Both the position numbers and the translations under genes were made by a program. From Eledone cirrhosa (Eukaryota), in contig OZ024746.1 in the NCBI GenBank assembly GCA_964016885.1, positions 93,992,001-94,056,000 on the forward strand: DNA of 64,000 nucleotides. Direction: 5' to 3'. The notes under the pieces are model-generated. The model saw only the letters and a list, made by a program, of their open reading frames with translations, made no database searches and had not been told where the DNA came from. Shown here piece after piece: positions 1-13,372 of the stretch (the first letter of the stretch is position 1; every line of letters begins with the position of its first letter).

Positions 1-83
1 TCGTTTTATTTACAATCCTTTAAAATTTATAATGGTATTAGAATGAAATAGTATGGTAGAATATTAAATGTGAAGTGTTAATG

Positions 84-120
84 GAACAAGTACTTTCATG
101 CTTTCGCAATCTTCAGGTTC
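84..120 (-). ncRNA. Type I hammerhead ribozyme motif
   Basis: Minus strand: gaac CTGAAGA ttgc-gaaa-gcat GAAA gtac TT gttc. Helix I gaac/gttc, helix II with GAAA tetraloop, palindromic helix III (AGTACT), CUU triplet. Confidence 0.75.
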
Positions 121-347
121 ATATTCTGTGGTGACAGTCAAGTTTGCAATTTTAAACTATATATATTTATATATATATATATATATATTGTTATAGGTAA
201 TCCAATTAGAGGTTGTGAATACTTCTTATGTGGCACTACTTTCAGTGTTTAGCATTTTTTAGACAACTCTATCAGTGAAACAATTGTTAGACTGTAAATA
301 AATGTCCTTTTTTGTACTGTTCACCATGTTATTCTCCACTTTTTGAA

Positions 348-494
348 CGATGCTTTCCAGCAGAGTTACGTCCCTTTACGGTCTGAGTTCAAATCCCGCC
401 GAGGTTGACTTTGCCTTTCATCCTTACGGAGTCGATAAAATAAAGTACTAGTAATGCACTGGGTAATTGCTGGCCTTGTGCCTAAAGTAGAAAC

Positions 495-500
<6 letters not shown>
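348..500 (+). mobile_element. tRNA-derived SINE (major family of this window), 5'-truncated
   Basis: B-box gagttcaaatcc, then the shared body gaggttgactttgcctttcatcc...ggccttgtgcctaaagtagaaacaattat found in more than 15 copies in the window. Confidence 0.85.
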
Positions 501-548
<48 letters not shown>

Positions 549-679
549 AGTGTGAGAGAGAGAGAGAGAGAGAGGGAGGGAGAAGGAGAGAGAGAGAGAG
601 AGGGAGAGAGAGAGAGAGAGAGGGAGAGAGGGAGAGAGATAGGGAAGGAGAAAAAGGGAGAGAGAGATAGAGAGTGTGT

Positions 680-779
<100 letters not shown>

Positions 780-2139
780 GAGAGAGTGAAAGAGTGAGAG
801 ATAGTGAGGGTGAGAGTGAGAGATGGTGTCTAACCCAGTAACAAGGCTCATTGGAATTTAAACAGTATCAACTAGGTAATTAAGTCTGTCTGTCTTTCTG
901 TCTGCATGTATGTATGTATGTGTGTATGTATGCATGTATGTATGTATGTGTGTATGTGTGTATGTATATATGTATGTATGTATGTATGTATCAATGTATG
1001 TATGTATGCATGCGTACATGCATGTATGTATGTATTAATATATGTATGTATTAATATATGTATGTATTAATATGTATATGTATGTATGTATGTATTAATA
1101 TGTATATGTATGTATTAATATGTATATGTATGTATTAATATGTATATGTATATAAGAAACCAATATGTATATATATGTATATATGTATATATGTATATAT
1201 GTATATATGTATGTATATAAGAAACCAATATGTATATGTATGTATGTATGTATTAATATATGTATATATGTATATATGTATATATGTATATATGTATATA
1301 TGTATGTATATAAGAAACCAATATGTATATGTATGTATGTATTAATATATATGTATATATGTATATATGTATATATGTATACATGTATGTATATATGTAT
1401 GTACTTACGTAAATTGAAACCTTAGTAAGGTTCGTTGCAAAGATGGAATCTAGGCAGAAGTCTTACACTTTTGTAGAAGTGATATCACTGAGAATCACGA
1501 CGAGCTTATTACCGTGGTCTGGGGGGAATGGTGACGTTCCCAAGGATTAGAAAGATACAATATATTTCATTATAAAAGAGAGAGTATCAGAATATATTGT
1601 GGTAACCTAAATATAGGCATTACTCTTCGATCAGCTTCTGATAAGATTCTGGCAAATATGTATTGGATAAACCTGCTTGAATAATTTCACTGTAGTTTAT
1701 GCCGTTCTGCAATGACAGTGTTTTCCATTCTGATAGTGTGTATCTGATAGTGTGAATGTATGTGTGTATGTGTATACACGCACACATATATATATATACA
1801 CACAATCATAGACACATACATACATACATACATACATACATACATACATACATACATACATACATACATACATACATACATACACACAATCATAGCCACA
1901 TACATACATACATGCACGCATACATACATACATACGTACATACATACACACACACATACATTCATACACGCCTACGTAATTCCCCCATCGTCTCTTATAC
2001 CCCATTTCCAGAGAGACCTGCCTACACGCAAATTGTAAATAATATATAATAAATAAATCGTTAATTTATATATAATATATTATTTATTTTACTATATTTA
2101 TATATAATATGTTTTATTTGATATTTAATATTTGAGTTT

Positions 2140-3358
2140 GGCGCTCAAATCTTTCCAACCACACCAAGATCAGACTCTTCCAAGTCACAATTCAACCAAT
2201 CTTGCTATATGGAAGTGAAACATGGACTCTTTCGTCCAAACAACAAAAACACCTTGATGGCACTTACACTACTACTACCTTGATGGTACTTACACTACTA
2301 CTACCTTGCTGGCACCTACACTACTACTACCTTGATGGTACTTACACTACTACTACCTTGCTGGCACCTACACTACTACTACCTTAATGGCACCTACACT
2401 ACTACTACCTTGATGGCACTTACACTACTACTACCTTGATGGTACTTACACTACTACTACCTTGCTGGCACCTACACTACTACTACCTTGATGGCACTTA
2501 CACTACTACTACCTTGATGGTACTTACACTACTACTACCTTGATGGTACTTACACTACTACTACCTTGCTGGCACCTACACTACTACTACCTTGATGGTA
2601 CTTACACTACTACTACCTTGCTGGCACCTACACTACTACTACCTTAATGGCACCTACACTACTACTACCTTGATGGTACTTACACTACTACTACCTTGCT
2701 GGCACCTACACTACTACTACCTTGATGGCACTTACACTACTACTACCTTGATGGCACTTACACTACTACTACCTTGATGGTACTTACACTACTACTACCT
2801 TGCTGGCACCTACACTACTACTACCTTGATGGTACTTACACTGTTACTACCTTGCTGGCACCTACACTATTACTACCTTGCTGGCACCTACACTACTACT
2901 ACCTTGATGGTACTTACACTACTACTACCTTGCTGGCACCTACACTACTACTACCTTGATGGTACTTACACTGTTACTACCTTGCTGGCACCTACACTAC
3001 TACTACCTTGCTGGCACCTACACTACTACTACCTTGATGGTACTTACACTACTACTACCTTGCTGGCACCTACACTACTACTACCTTAATGGCACTTACA
3101 CTGTTACTACCTTGCTGGCACCTACACTACTACTACCTTGCTGGCACCTACACTACTACTACCTTGATGGCACCTACACTACTACTACCTTGATGGTACT
3201 TACACTACTACTACCTTGCTGGCACCTACACTACTACTACCTTGAAGGCACCTACACTGTTACTACCTTGATGGTACCTACACTACTACTACCTTGATGG
3301 TACCTACACTACTACTACCTTGATGGCACCTACACTGTTACTACCTTGATGGTACCTA

Positions 3359-3433
<75 letters not shown>

Positions 3434-3795
3434 CACTACTACCTTGAGGCACTTACACTCGCCTGCTTCAATGCATTTAGAACATAAGCTGGTGACATCT
3501 GACTTTGAGAGAGATGTATGCTGGCCCCGCCCCCCGTATATCTGTCGTTGTATGTAAAAGTAGAGTAAGATTTGCTGGCCACTGCCCTGTGCCACTTACG
3601 AGGCTGTGTCCCCATTAGTGCTTTGGAAACCACAAACAGTCACTAATAACAGGGGGCACAAGCTCTCCTACCCCGATGTCATCTCCAGAGATTCTGGTAT
3701 TGAAATCCAGGATTTTACAGCGGCAATGAACGACAGATCCACGTGGAGATCAATTGTTGAGTCCATTTCGGCTGAGGCCACCGGATAATGAAGAT
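2140..3795 (+). mobile_element. 3' end of an RTE-clade LINE interrupted by a minisatellite
   Basis: Translates TKIRLFQVTIQPILLYGSETWTLSSKQQKHLDGTYT, resumes after 3460 with RLLQCI...RFAGHC...LVLWKP...YPDVISRDSG...AMNDRSTWRSIV, typical of RTE ORF C-termini. Confidence 0.8.
2251..3459. repeat. 26-bp minisatellite (about 43 units) plus (CTA)n tract
   Basis: Unit accttgatggcacttacactactact with variants tgctggcacc/tgatggtact; pure (cta)n at 3361-3440. Confidence 0.95.
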
Positions 3796-3941
3796 GATAT
3801 CATCTCTAGTGCTCCCTTAGGCTCCAGCTCCCCCTGGACCTTCTCAATGCACCCCAGGGGCGGCAGCACCCACTTTGAGAACCTCTGTGATAGATGATCA
3901 ATGGATCTGATTTTCTCGGTAAGACAAATGCAGGAGAGATC

Positions 3942-4247
3942 CTATGAGCAGAAAATATCAGTGTTGTGGAGGGAGTATGTGGACACTGGATTTTTCCTCC
4001 CAAAATGCATGGTGGTACACTTGTCCACAGCCAGCTTCAGTTGCCAGTCTGTGATCCATTGTTGCATTGTGTCCAGGTCTGATTGTAAGAAAGAGTTGTA
4101 GATTTCAGGGTCAGTCCTTTTGATTTCAAGGTACAGCTTGATGTCATCTGCATATTTCAGTACTGTGGCATTCTGTAAGTTGGCATCTATGTCATTAATA
4201 TATGCCACAAACAAAAGGGGACCAAGAACAGATCCCTGTGGTACCAT
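3942..4247 (-). mobile_element. CR1/L2-like LINE reverse transcriptase fragment
   Basis: VPQGSVLGPLLF..YIND...KYADDIKLY...LQSDLD...WQLKLAVDKC, non-LTR RT motifs including YADD. Confidence 0.9.
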
Positions 4248-4313
4248 ATATATATATATATATGTAGGTGTGTGTGTGTGTGTGTGTATGTGTATGTATG
4301 TATAGGTGTGTGT

Positions 4314-4381
<68 letters not shown>

Positions 4382-4840
4382 ATCCGTAGGTATGAAAAGG
4401 AAAACGGTGCTTAATCGGAAAGAGAGCAGAAATATTGTATTATATATATTTGTGTTCATACACAGAACAAAGGTGCTGCCCAATGTTTCAAGGCCCAAAT
4501 TTGATCATACCCCCAGGATACAACAGGTATCAAATCAGTGACCTTTCTACAGGTGCTTCTACGAATTTATAAGATACCATTAAATTTACTTTTAAAGGTA
4601 ATAGACTTTTATTTCCCATCGATTTACTGGCCTTGTACCTAAATCGAAACACTTAAGTTGGCGTTTGGGACATAACCCAACGAAAGTTTTTACCTGAAAT
4701 CATGATGGAAGGGTTTCAGATAAATATAAACACTTTAAAATAAACAGCTTTGTATCGTAAAGCCAGGGTCTGTTTAGGGCGGTTTCGTATAAAGAATGTT
4801 AAACCTGGCATGTTAATGAATAAACGGTGAGAGAAAGATA

Positions 4841-4874
<34 letters not shown>

Positions 4875-4900
4875 ATGTGCATATATTTATATATACATGC

Positions 4901-4996
<96 letters not shown>

Positions 4997-5015
4997 GTAA
5001 TCGTATATATATGTA

Positions 5016-5082
<67 letters not shown>

Positions 5083-5528
5083 GTCTATATATATATATAT
5101 ATATATATATAGAGATAGATAGAGAGAGAGAGAGAGAGGAATGAAAGGGGGTCAGAGGAAGAGGAATTTGACGGGTACAATTGATGTAGGGGCTGGACTA
5201 AATCTGAGTGAAGAAAGCTGTGATGGAAAATGGAAATATTGATGTATTTTATAGATGTGCGCGCATGTCTTGAAGAAGATCTCCATTTTCTTTAATCTTC
5301 TTCTTCGTTTTTTTTGTAGAAGAATATAAATAAAAAGTAGTAAAAGAAATAGAAAAGAAAGAGAGAATGAAATTAAAAAAACAAAACAAAATCAAATGCT
5401 AAACAGGATATGAAGAACAGGAAGAGTGTGTCTTTATTTCCTGTCGTATGAATGGCAAGAGAAAGGATGTGATTAGAACATACAAAACCGAACGTTTCTG
5501 CAAGTTGTTGTTGTTGTTGTTGTTGCGT

Positions 5529-5567
<39 letters not shown>

Positions 5568-5682
5568 TTGTTGCGTTTGTTGTTGTTGTTTAGCCCCAGG
5601 TCATGGCATTGCCTATGAATGTTTGGAATAATTTTGAGAGTAATGAGGAATTTGAAGGGATTTAGTATAATATAACAAACTT

Positions 5683-5857
5683 TATCGGTAGAGAGTCGGA
5701 CGCCATGCTTTGCCATATAGAGTTACGGCCCCTTGCAGTCTGAGTTCAAATCCCGCCGAGGTTAACTTTGCCTTTCATCCTTACAAGGTCGATAAAATAA
5801 AGTACCAGTTATGAACTGGGATAATTGCTGGCCTTGTGCCAAAAGTAGAAACGATTA
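5683..5857 (+). mobile_element. tRNA-derived SINE (major family)
   Basis: B-box gagttcaaatcc and shared body/tail. Confidence 0.85.
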
Positions 5858-5922
5858 TTTATTTAGTGTTTGTAATATAGGTTATCGAAGGTTTTTATAT
5901 GAAACTAGCGGCCTCAAAGCCC

Positions 5923-6630
5923 TCGCCACGGTCCGTACTGTGCTAAAATCTCTTCATAAGGTACCTATTGTCATCTATCGTAATGTCCATTTTTTCTGAA
6001 TAAAAGATGTTAAAAGGTATTTAAATATTGCATAACATAATTAAAAAAAAATAATTTAGAATATCTAAATACAGAAAGTAATAAAGAAAAGAATAGAAAA
6101 ATGTATTTTAGGAAAATTATAAAACATTTACAGAACCTCAGTATATACAATGATTTTAGCATCGATAGATTTATAGGTCTGGCTATCTCTAGTGATCCTT
6201 TGTGAGAGATTTTGTTGATGGCATTCACTGTGATGTTTTGGGGGACAAGGATTGCTCTTTCACACAGCCACTCCTCGTTGGAATAGTGGATTTAGAAATT
6301 AGGGAACACTTAATTAATTTAACTTACAACGCTTTCCACAACAGTAGAAAACGATGAAGGATAAAAACATCCTTCAGTATCAAGGGATTGTTTTTCCATA
6401 AATTTAAACATCTGAGAGGTGCTTATTTGTAACTCCGAGTATCCTCTTCCCTTCCTGCCTCTATTATCCGCACTGAAGAAATCTCCGAAGCTGGAAGAAT
6501 CCGATGGTCCCCCCCCCCCCCCCCCCATCATTCCGTTTTTCAAAAGAAGGCGATTGTAAGTATGCCGGAGGTTGGATTAGTCAAAGTGGACATAGCATGT
6601 CAGAATATTTAAGAAACTCGCTCCTCAATT
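5923..6630 (-). mobile_element. Helitron remnant (Pif1-like helicase fragment)
   Basis: Minus 6309-6210 reads VFPNF*IHYSNEEWLCERAILVPQNITVNAINK (Helitron RAIL.P.N..V..IN motif); actagcgg... terminus-like sequence near 5923. Boundaries uncertain. Confidence 0.7.
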
Positions 6631-6641
6631 ATTTTCTTCCC

Positions 6642-6726
<85 letters not shown>

Positions 6727-6816
6727 AAAAGGTAAACAGAAATAACAACACAATCGTTACAGTATATGGAAGGAATATATTAGGTTAACGCTTGAAATAG
6801 CAGGAAGAGAGAGGGA

Positions 6817-6852
6817 TCTTAACGTTTCGGACGCTAGTCCTTCATCAGAAGA
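6817..6852 (-). ncRNA. Minimal type I hammerhead ribozyme (repeat family A, 6726-6905)
   Basis: tctt CTGATGA aggac-tagc-gtcc GAAA cg TT aaga; loop-less palindromic helix III (AACGTT). Confidence 0.85.
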
Positions 6853-7479
6853 AAGAATGAGAAATAAGATAGATCGAAAGGACATGTGGGGTGGAATTGG
6901 AAAAAAAAAATATATATATATCTCACCCAGCGCAAAGTGGAATGGAGATCTCCCCGTCGGACGGGGAGAGCTGAGTTGTCTGCGATATGAACCAGTTGTA
7001 CAAAGAGACATGAATGAAATAGTTTAGCACAGCACCGTCAATGAGATTTGAACCAGAACTGATTTTTATACTTTTTATCGACTCTCGGACATTCCATACT
7101 TTCTATTTTGGAAGGGAATATCTCGTAGCGAGAAAACATTTCAGTCTGACAGCGGCATATTTAATTTTCCGGTTTATTTACTTTTAATATTAAATGTGTT
7201 ACTTATATTCGCCGTAATTTTTGTCGGCGTCAGTATATTGTGTGTGTGGGCGCGCGCGCGTGTATCTGTGTGTGTGTGGGTGTGTGTGCGTGTGTGTGTG
7301 GGTGTGTGTGGGTGTGTGTGCGCGCGTGTAATATATATATATATATATATATGAATGTATGTATAGTATATTTGGCAATATACCGTATGTTTAATTAAAA
7401 AAATGTTGAAGACCTTACGCTATCATTTTTAAAGTAGTGACTATGTCACTTACTTCTTTTCGGTGAAAGAAGGGAGAGA

Positions 7480-7521
7480 AGCTGACAGTCTGTTTCATGC
7501 TGTTTGGCAATCATCAGAGCT
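7480..7521 (-). ncRNA. Type I hammerhead ribozyme (repeat family G, 7365-7573)
   Basis: agct CTGATGA ttgc-caaaca-gcat GAAA cagactg TC agct; GUC triplet. Confidence 0.8.
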
Positions 7522-7599
7522 ACGCACTGCCCTCTTCCTCCGAAAATGATAGAAGCTGCATTCTTATAGAATTATATATATATATATATACAATAATCC

Positions 7600-8258
7600 T
7601 CCGTTTATCGTGGGTGATATGTTCCAGAACCAACAATGATAAATGAAAATCCACGATTGCGCATCGGGGTTTCCTTGAGGCTCGGCCTCCGGATCTGCGA
7701 GACACACCAATGTCGCTGTGGATCCACCGTGGACTCTTTCGGCCTCCACCCGCTTTCCTGTCGCCACAGTGCCGGCCGACTTCCACGCCATGCTGCCCTC
7801 AACGAGGTCATAAAGCATGGCTTGGACGCTGCAGGCTTCCCTATCCAGCTCGAGCCGGTGGGGCTGGACCGAGGGGATGGCAAAGGCCAGATGGCATGAC
7901 CATCTTCAAGTTCCACGGTGGCAAACCCCTCGTCTGGGATGCCACTTGCACCGACACTTTCTGCAGTCGCAACCCGTTGCAGTCTGCGACTAACCCAGGT
8001 TCTGCTGCATGTCGGGCTGAGGAGGCCAAACTCCTCAAATACGGGTCGCTCTCCGACAGGTTTGCGGTTGTACCCTTGGCAGTGGAGACCTCTGATATCC
8101 TCGGCCCTAGGGCTACCTCCCTACTCCTCACCATAGGCGCTGCGCTGGCCAGCCGCAGGTGTGAGCCCCGCGTGTTGGAGTGGCTTTTCCAGCGCGTCTC
8201 CCTTGCCGTCCTCCAGGGAAACGCATTCTCTAATTTCTCCGCCGGGGCTGTAGGGTGA
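7600..8258 (+). mobile_element. C-terminal zinc knuckle plus restriction-like endonuclease of a CRE-like non-LTR retrotransposon, one frameshift near 7885
   Basis: LRLGL..C...CRCG..VD..G.H.LSC....GR..RH...N...EP..L...DGK / RPDG.T.....GK.LVWDATC.DT.....A...E..K..KY...VPLAVET.....LFQRVS.AV..GNA. Confidence 0.8.
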
Positions 8259-8494
8259 CAAACCGATTATATTACGAATTCTGTTGAATAGTCTTAAATA
8301 ATTTAATACTTTGAGAAATGTAAATATTTCATCAGTTATCGTCTGTCAACAAGAATGACGTCGCCATTTTGCTCATGAGGACAATATAGTAATTGTCACT
8401 AAGACATATCTAGAAATAAAGGGATGAGTGCGGGATTGTGTCCTGAATATTTTTTTTATCCCGTTAGTAAAATATGTTGGATTACTTTGAATAA

Positions 8495-8675
8495 ATAATT
8501 GTTTCTACTTTAGGCACAAGGCCAGCAATTATCCAGTACATTACTGGTACTTTATTTTATCGACCCCGTAAGGATGAAAGGCAAAGTTAATCTCGGCGGG
8601 ATTTGAACTCAGACTGTAAAGGGACGTAACGATGCTAGAAAGCATGGCGTCCAACCCTCTACTGATACTGCCAAT
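8495..8675 (-). mobile_element. tRNA-derived SINE (major family)
   Basis: Reverse complement of the shared SINE, with ggatttgaactc B-box. Confidence 0.85.
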
Positions 8676-8689
8676 AATGAATATTACAT

Positions 8690-9256
8690 AGTTTATGTAC
8701 TAAATTTCATACATGTTAGAGAGACCATAAAGACAACCGTTGTTTTCATAGTTTAAGCCTTATGATACCTCTCCTACACGCTTTAAGTACATATAAACAC
8801 ACTTTTGTATTTAAACACCAAAACACAGCCAGTAACTATCACCAAAGATCGTACCACTAGTTACCAATGAGGACCATTGCCAGCCATGGTAGCCACTTGG
8901 TAATACACTGAACATCTCCCGTCAATCTATAAAGAGTTTATAGTAGATTAGAGAAAAACACAATCAGTAAAACAGTAATGCAATGAAAAATAAAAGCATT
9001 TTTTTTATAGTTAAAGCCTTAACATGCCTCTTCCTTACGATATACACTTTAATCACATCAAAACTTATTTAATAAATTTAAATTTTAAACACTTTTTATT
9101 CAGACATATCGCGATAAGAAAATAGATATGTTCTAACGAAAAATCCGCGATGTAGCGAGGATTACCGCGATAGGAAATTAGATACGTTCCAAAGAAAAAT
9201 CCGCGATGTAGCGGAACCGCGAAAAGTGAACCGCGATATAGCGGGGGGTTACTGTG
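8690..9256. mobile_element. pogo/Tigger-like DNA transposon end
   Basis: Terminus gggggtttactg with repeated subterminal ccgcgatgtagcg motifs at 9105-9245; the other end was not identified. Confidence 0.5.
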
Positions 9257-9402
9257 TATAATTATCAAAATTAAAAGAAAAAACTCTGATTCTGAGAATA
9301 TAAACAAGATAGACGAAAATATTTTTCTATCTAACTTCGCTTATATATCTCCCTACCATATATGGTTTTATATGGGGAAGAATTATTACTGGAACCATCA
9401 TA

Positions 9403-9487
<85 letters not shown>

Positions 9488-9749
9488 ATGTTATACTTTG
9501 GGAGGGTCATGCTGCCAATAAAAACACACGCACCTGTTGGTTTTCACTTCAATTTATTATAAATTTCCGGTTGGTTGGTTCGATAACCAGATGGTTGTTT
9601 ATATATTGTCAAAGCTCTTTCGTCACACATTCTATGACCTTCCCAAAGTGTAACAATATGTTTCAACACACGTTTTCATGTAAGAAATATATGAATTTAT
9701 TTTGCAAGGTTTTTGATATGAAATCGTGTGTTGAAACCCACTGTACGAA

Positions 9750-10564
9750 TAAGAAATATGTTATATGTAGAATAAATCCTCAATTAAACTGTAAAACTAG
9801 AAATGTAGTCTATAGCATAAGATGTACAGAGGGTACTTGCAGAAACATGACAACGACATACATAGGCGAGACAACTCAAAGCATAGGAGAGAGAATAGCC
9901 CAACACTGGGGGGAACTAAAAGGAGGACAAGAACACGCCAGACAAAGACATGACGGTAATATAGACAACATAGAAATTAAAATAATATTTAAACATAGAA
10001 GTGACTCAACAGGTAGGCAAATCAGAGAAGCAACTGAGATAGAACTAAGAAAACCAAAGTTGAACAGAAAAAAAAACAAATGGAATAACAACAACAACAA
10101 CCATATCCAAACAAACAATACTGACATAAGGTAAATAAATAAATATAATAACAACAAACGCACATAAACACACACAAGTGAACAAAGATAGAATACAAAC
10201 ACACATAGACTCAGACATGAACACACACACGCAAACAGAAAACACACACACAAACGCATGCGCAAACAGAGACAGAGACAAGAATAAATGCATAAAAATG
10301 GCGTAGACATTACAATACAACGGGAGGAAACATAATAGTACCACTGATGATGTCACAGGGATGTGATGAAAGAACTTTGATAGATTATATACAAATATTT
10401 ATACCTGTATTTTAACTGTTGGTCAATCAATGATAAACATTGCCAGCTAAATTAACTATAGGGATATAAAATATACAGAAGCGGAAACTAATCGAAATCA
10501 AACAGTGAGTGTGTTTTATCATTATTTCTGGCAATATTATAACATTATGACCGTACCCAAGTAT

Positions 10565-10570
<6 letters not shown>
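9750..10570 (+). mobile_element. Penelope-like element 3' remnant: GIY-YIG endonuclease plus pLTR
   Basis: C..NCKTRNVVYSIRC....TYIGETTQSIGERIAQH...EH...H...RQIREA.EI...KPKLNRK, followed by an HHR-containing 3' region also present at 13200-13310, 22975-23290 and 26385-26555. Confidence 0.85.
10341..10380 (+). ncRNA. Hammerhead ribozyme motif in PLE pLTR (family D)
   Basis: cca CTGATGA tgtcac-agggat-gtgat GAAA gaac TT tg; helix I weak. Confidence 0.65.
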
Positions 10571-10626
<56 letters not shown>

Positions 10627-10929
10627 TACAGAATAATCAAAACATTTTATTGCTGACAATCGTTTCTTCCAAACTTTCGTTTGGAACATCGGAAAGTTTA
10701 GACATATAATTAACCCCCTATTCCACAGAACAATCGTAAAGATGCATAGATGTTAGTGTTGTCATTAGCAGTGTCATATTTAAAGAGTGAAGATAATGTG
10801 GTCAGTATCAGTGGATGCGACAAAGATTATAAAAGAATAATAGAACAATTATAGAGGAATTAAAGAAGGAAGTTACTCGCAAAACGAGGACGTGAACATA
10901 TCTCTCTCCCGTGCTATTTCCAAATTCAT

Positions 10930-11035
<106 letters not shown>

Positions 11036-11247
11036 TGAACGATATATATATATATATATATGTGTGTTTATATATATCGTTCATTAACATACAAAGATAG
11101 GGAGAGGAGAGAATGAAAGGGGGACAACATAGAGAGAGAGAGGGAGAGAGAGAGGGAGAGAGAGAGAGGGAGAGAGAGAGGGAGAGAGAGAGGGGAGAGT
11201 GAGAGTGAGAGAAGGGGAGAGACAGAGTGAGAGCTGCACCTGCTGCT

Positions 11248-11280
<33 letters not shown>

Positions 11281-11642
11281 ATTGTGTGTGTGTATGTGTA
11301 TATCTGTGTGTGTGTGCATGTGTGTATGTGTGTATATGTGGTGTGTGTGTGTATGTGTGTGTGAGTGTAAGTGTGTGTGTATGTGTGTATATGTGTGTGT
11401 GACTGTTTATGTAGGAATCACATCTGTTGTGTTTGGTGAGGCTCTGAAGATTATTTGGAACTAATGCTTGCATGTAGCGCATGTACGTCTGTTTATATAT
11501 CTATTCACACACACACACACCCACCCACACACACACTCACATACACACACACACATATGTAAAAGGTAAACAGAAACAACACAATCGGTATAGTATATGG
11601 AAGGAGTATATTAGGTTAACGCTTGAAATAGCAGGAAGAGGG

Positions 11643-11678
11643 TCTTAACGTTTCGGACGCTAGTCCTTCATCAGAAGA
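11643..11678 (-). ncRNA. Minimal type I hammerhead ribozyme (family A, 11560-11735)
   Basis: Identical to the 6817-6852 motif. Confidence 0.85.
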
Positions 11679-12297
11679 AAGAATGAGAAATAAGATAGAT
11701 TGAGGGGACGGGTGAGATGGAATTGGAAAAAATGTCTTTAGATAAAAATAACAGGTCCATTCATGTTGCCATCTCTTAGAAAACTGTTGGTACCTGCGTT
11801 TTGTGTATGATTTATTTTTTTTAGAAAAGTGGATGATGGAGCGCGTCTACCTGAAATGGAAAAAAAAAACCGTTTTGTAAAAAGAGCTATACTTGTGCAT
11901 GTGCGGGTGCATGTGTGTGTCTCTGTGTGAGTGTGTGTGTTATTATACGTTCGTACGAAGCTAATAAGGAATGTGTGTGTATACGTAAGTAAAAGAGCGT
12001 GTGTGCATGTAAGTACGAAGCTATTAGCCAAAGTATGTTAATATAAGGGTGTGTATGTATGTATACAGAGCAGTGAAGGGAAAAGTGGAGTGTGCATATT
12101 TTATCTGTCTGTATTAGTGGTAAGAGAAGATGTTGATGATCATGAGAGAGCGATAGGAATCTAGGGGTGAATGTACGAAAGCGTGTGATAATGGACGAGG
12201 TATTAAAGAAATTAGGGAGGTGAGTTGAGTCCATATATGTGTGTATGTGTATATACACAAATACACACATATGCATACATGCACACACACACACATA

Positions 12298-13090
12298 CAC
12301 TGAAAAGCTTTTGAGATTTTTATCAGAGAGACATTTATTTGACAACTCAGATCAACACAAAGCTCTAGTCTCCCTCAAAGTAAGATCCTCCAACTTTAAT
12401 GCACTTGTTGCAGTACTCCAGCCACTTCTGCAAGGTGCCCTTGCGGTCCCCCAAAGTGAAGGTGTCCAGTGCTCTTGTCACAGCTTCCTTGATCTCCTCC
12501 ACATCCGCAAACCGGTACTCCTGGACTTCTCCTTCAGTTTGGGAACACCCAGAAGTCGAATGGTGCTACGACCAACTAGATGGTCACCCTGAAGGACTTG
12601 TGGCAGGGGGCATTGTCCTGCTGCAAGTGCTTTGCTTGGACTTCTGGGAGTCAGACTGTTTCCAGTGGGCACTCTGTCTCTTGGTCTCTTGATCATAAGA
12701 TTAGGCCCAGCTCTCATCACAGGTTACTAGAGACTCAAGTACACTTGGATTAGAAGGGATCCACTCGACCATCTCCCTGCTGTCATTAACGTGCCCCCAC
12801 CTTTGATCTTCATTTAGCAACCTGGGAATAAACTTTGCGCATGTTAAGATCGTCATGAATGACCCTGTGCACAGTGCACTCAGCCACGTCAAATTATTCA
12901 ACAAACGTTGGAAGAGATCCACGACAATCCTCATCCAGAAATTTGCGAATTTTGTCGACCAGCCTTGGCGTCCTGATGTCACTTTCCCTGCCACATCTCT
13001 CGTCATCCCTCACCAGCTCCCTACCCTCCTGGAACCGCTTGTGCCAGCGGAAAACAGTTGCCTGGCTCATGAAAGTTAGACCGTAAGCAA
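12298..13090 (-). mobile_element. mariner transposon remnant, internally deleted
   Basis: Fragments TVHRVIHDDLNMRK..PRLL..DQR..., LVTCDESW..YDQETKRQS, QDNAPCH, KWLEYCNKCIKVGGSYFEGD; frameshifts and stops. Confidence 0.85.
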
Positions 13091-13310
13091 TTTATATATA
13101 TATATATATATATATTGCTTGTAATATCTGCCTCAGATGAGTCCCATTGAGTGAAACACGTGTAAGAGCTATATAAAGATATGTTTTAACGGCTTGTAAC
13201 TCTTTCCTTAATTATTTTTCTTATATATTGGTCAGTCAATGGTAAACATTGAGGACGGAATAAATTAACTGATTTAAAAGATACAGAAGCGAAAACCAAC
13301 CAAACAATGA

Positions 13311-13372
<62 letters not shown>

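Noticed and set aside
1430-1750. Possible integrase-like fragment on the minus strand
   Set aside because: Resemblance too weak to support by eye.
2251-3459. CRISPR-like periodicity
   Set aside because: Contiguous tandem units without unique spacers, no cas genes, eukaryotic context; the same applies to 20960-21700 and 56049-56350.
5160-5500. Possible host exon on the minus strand
   Set aside because: A plausible acceptor exists, but there is no recognisable protein or donor support.
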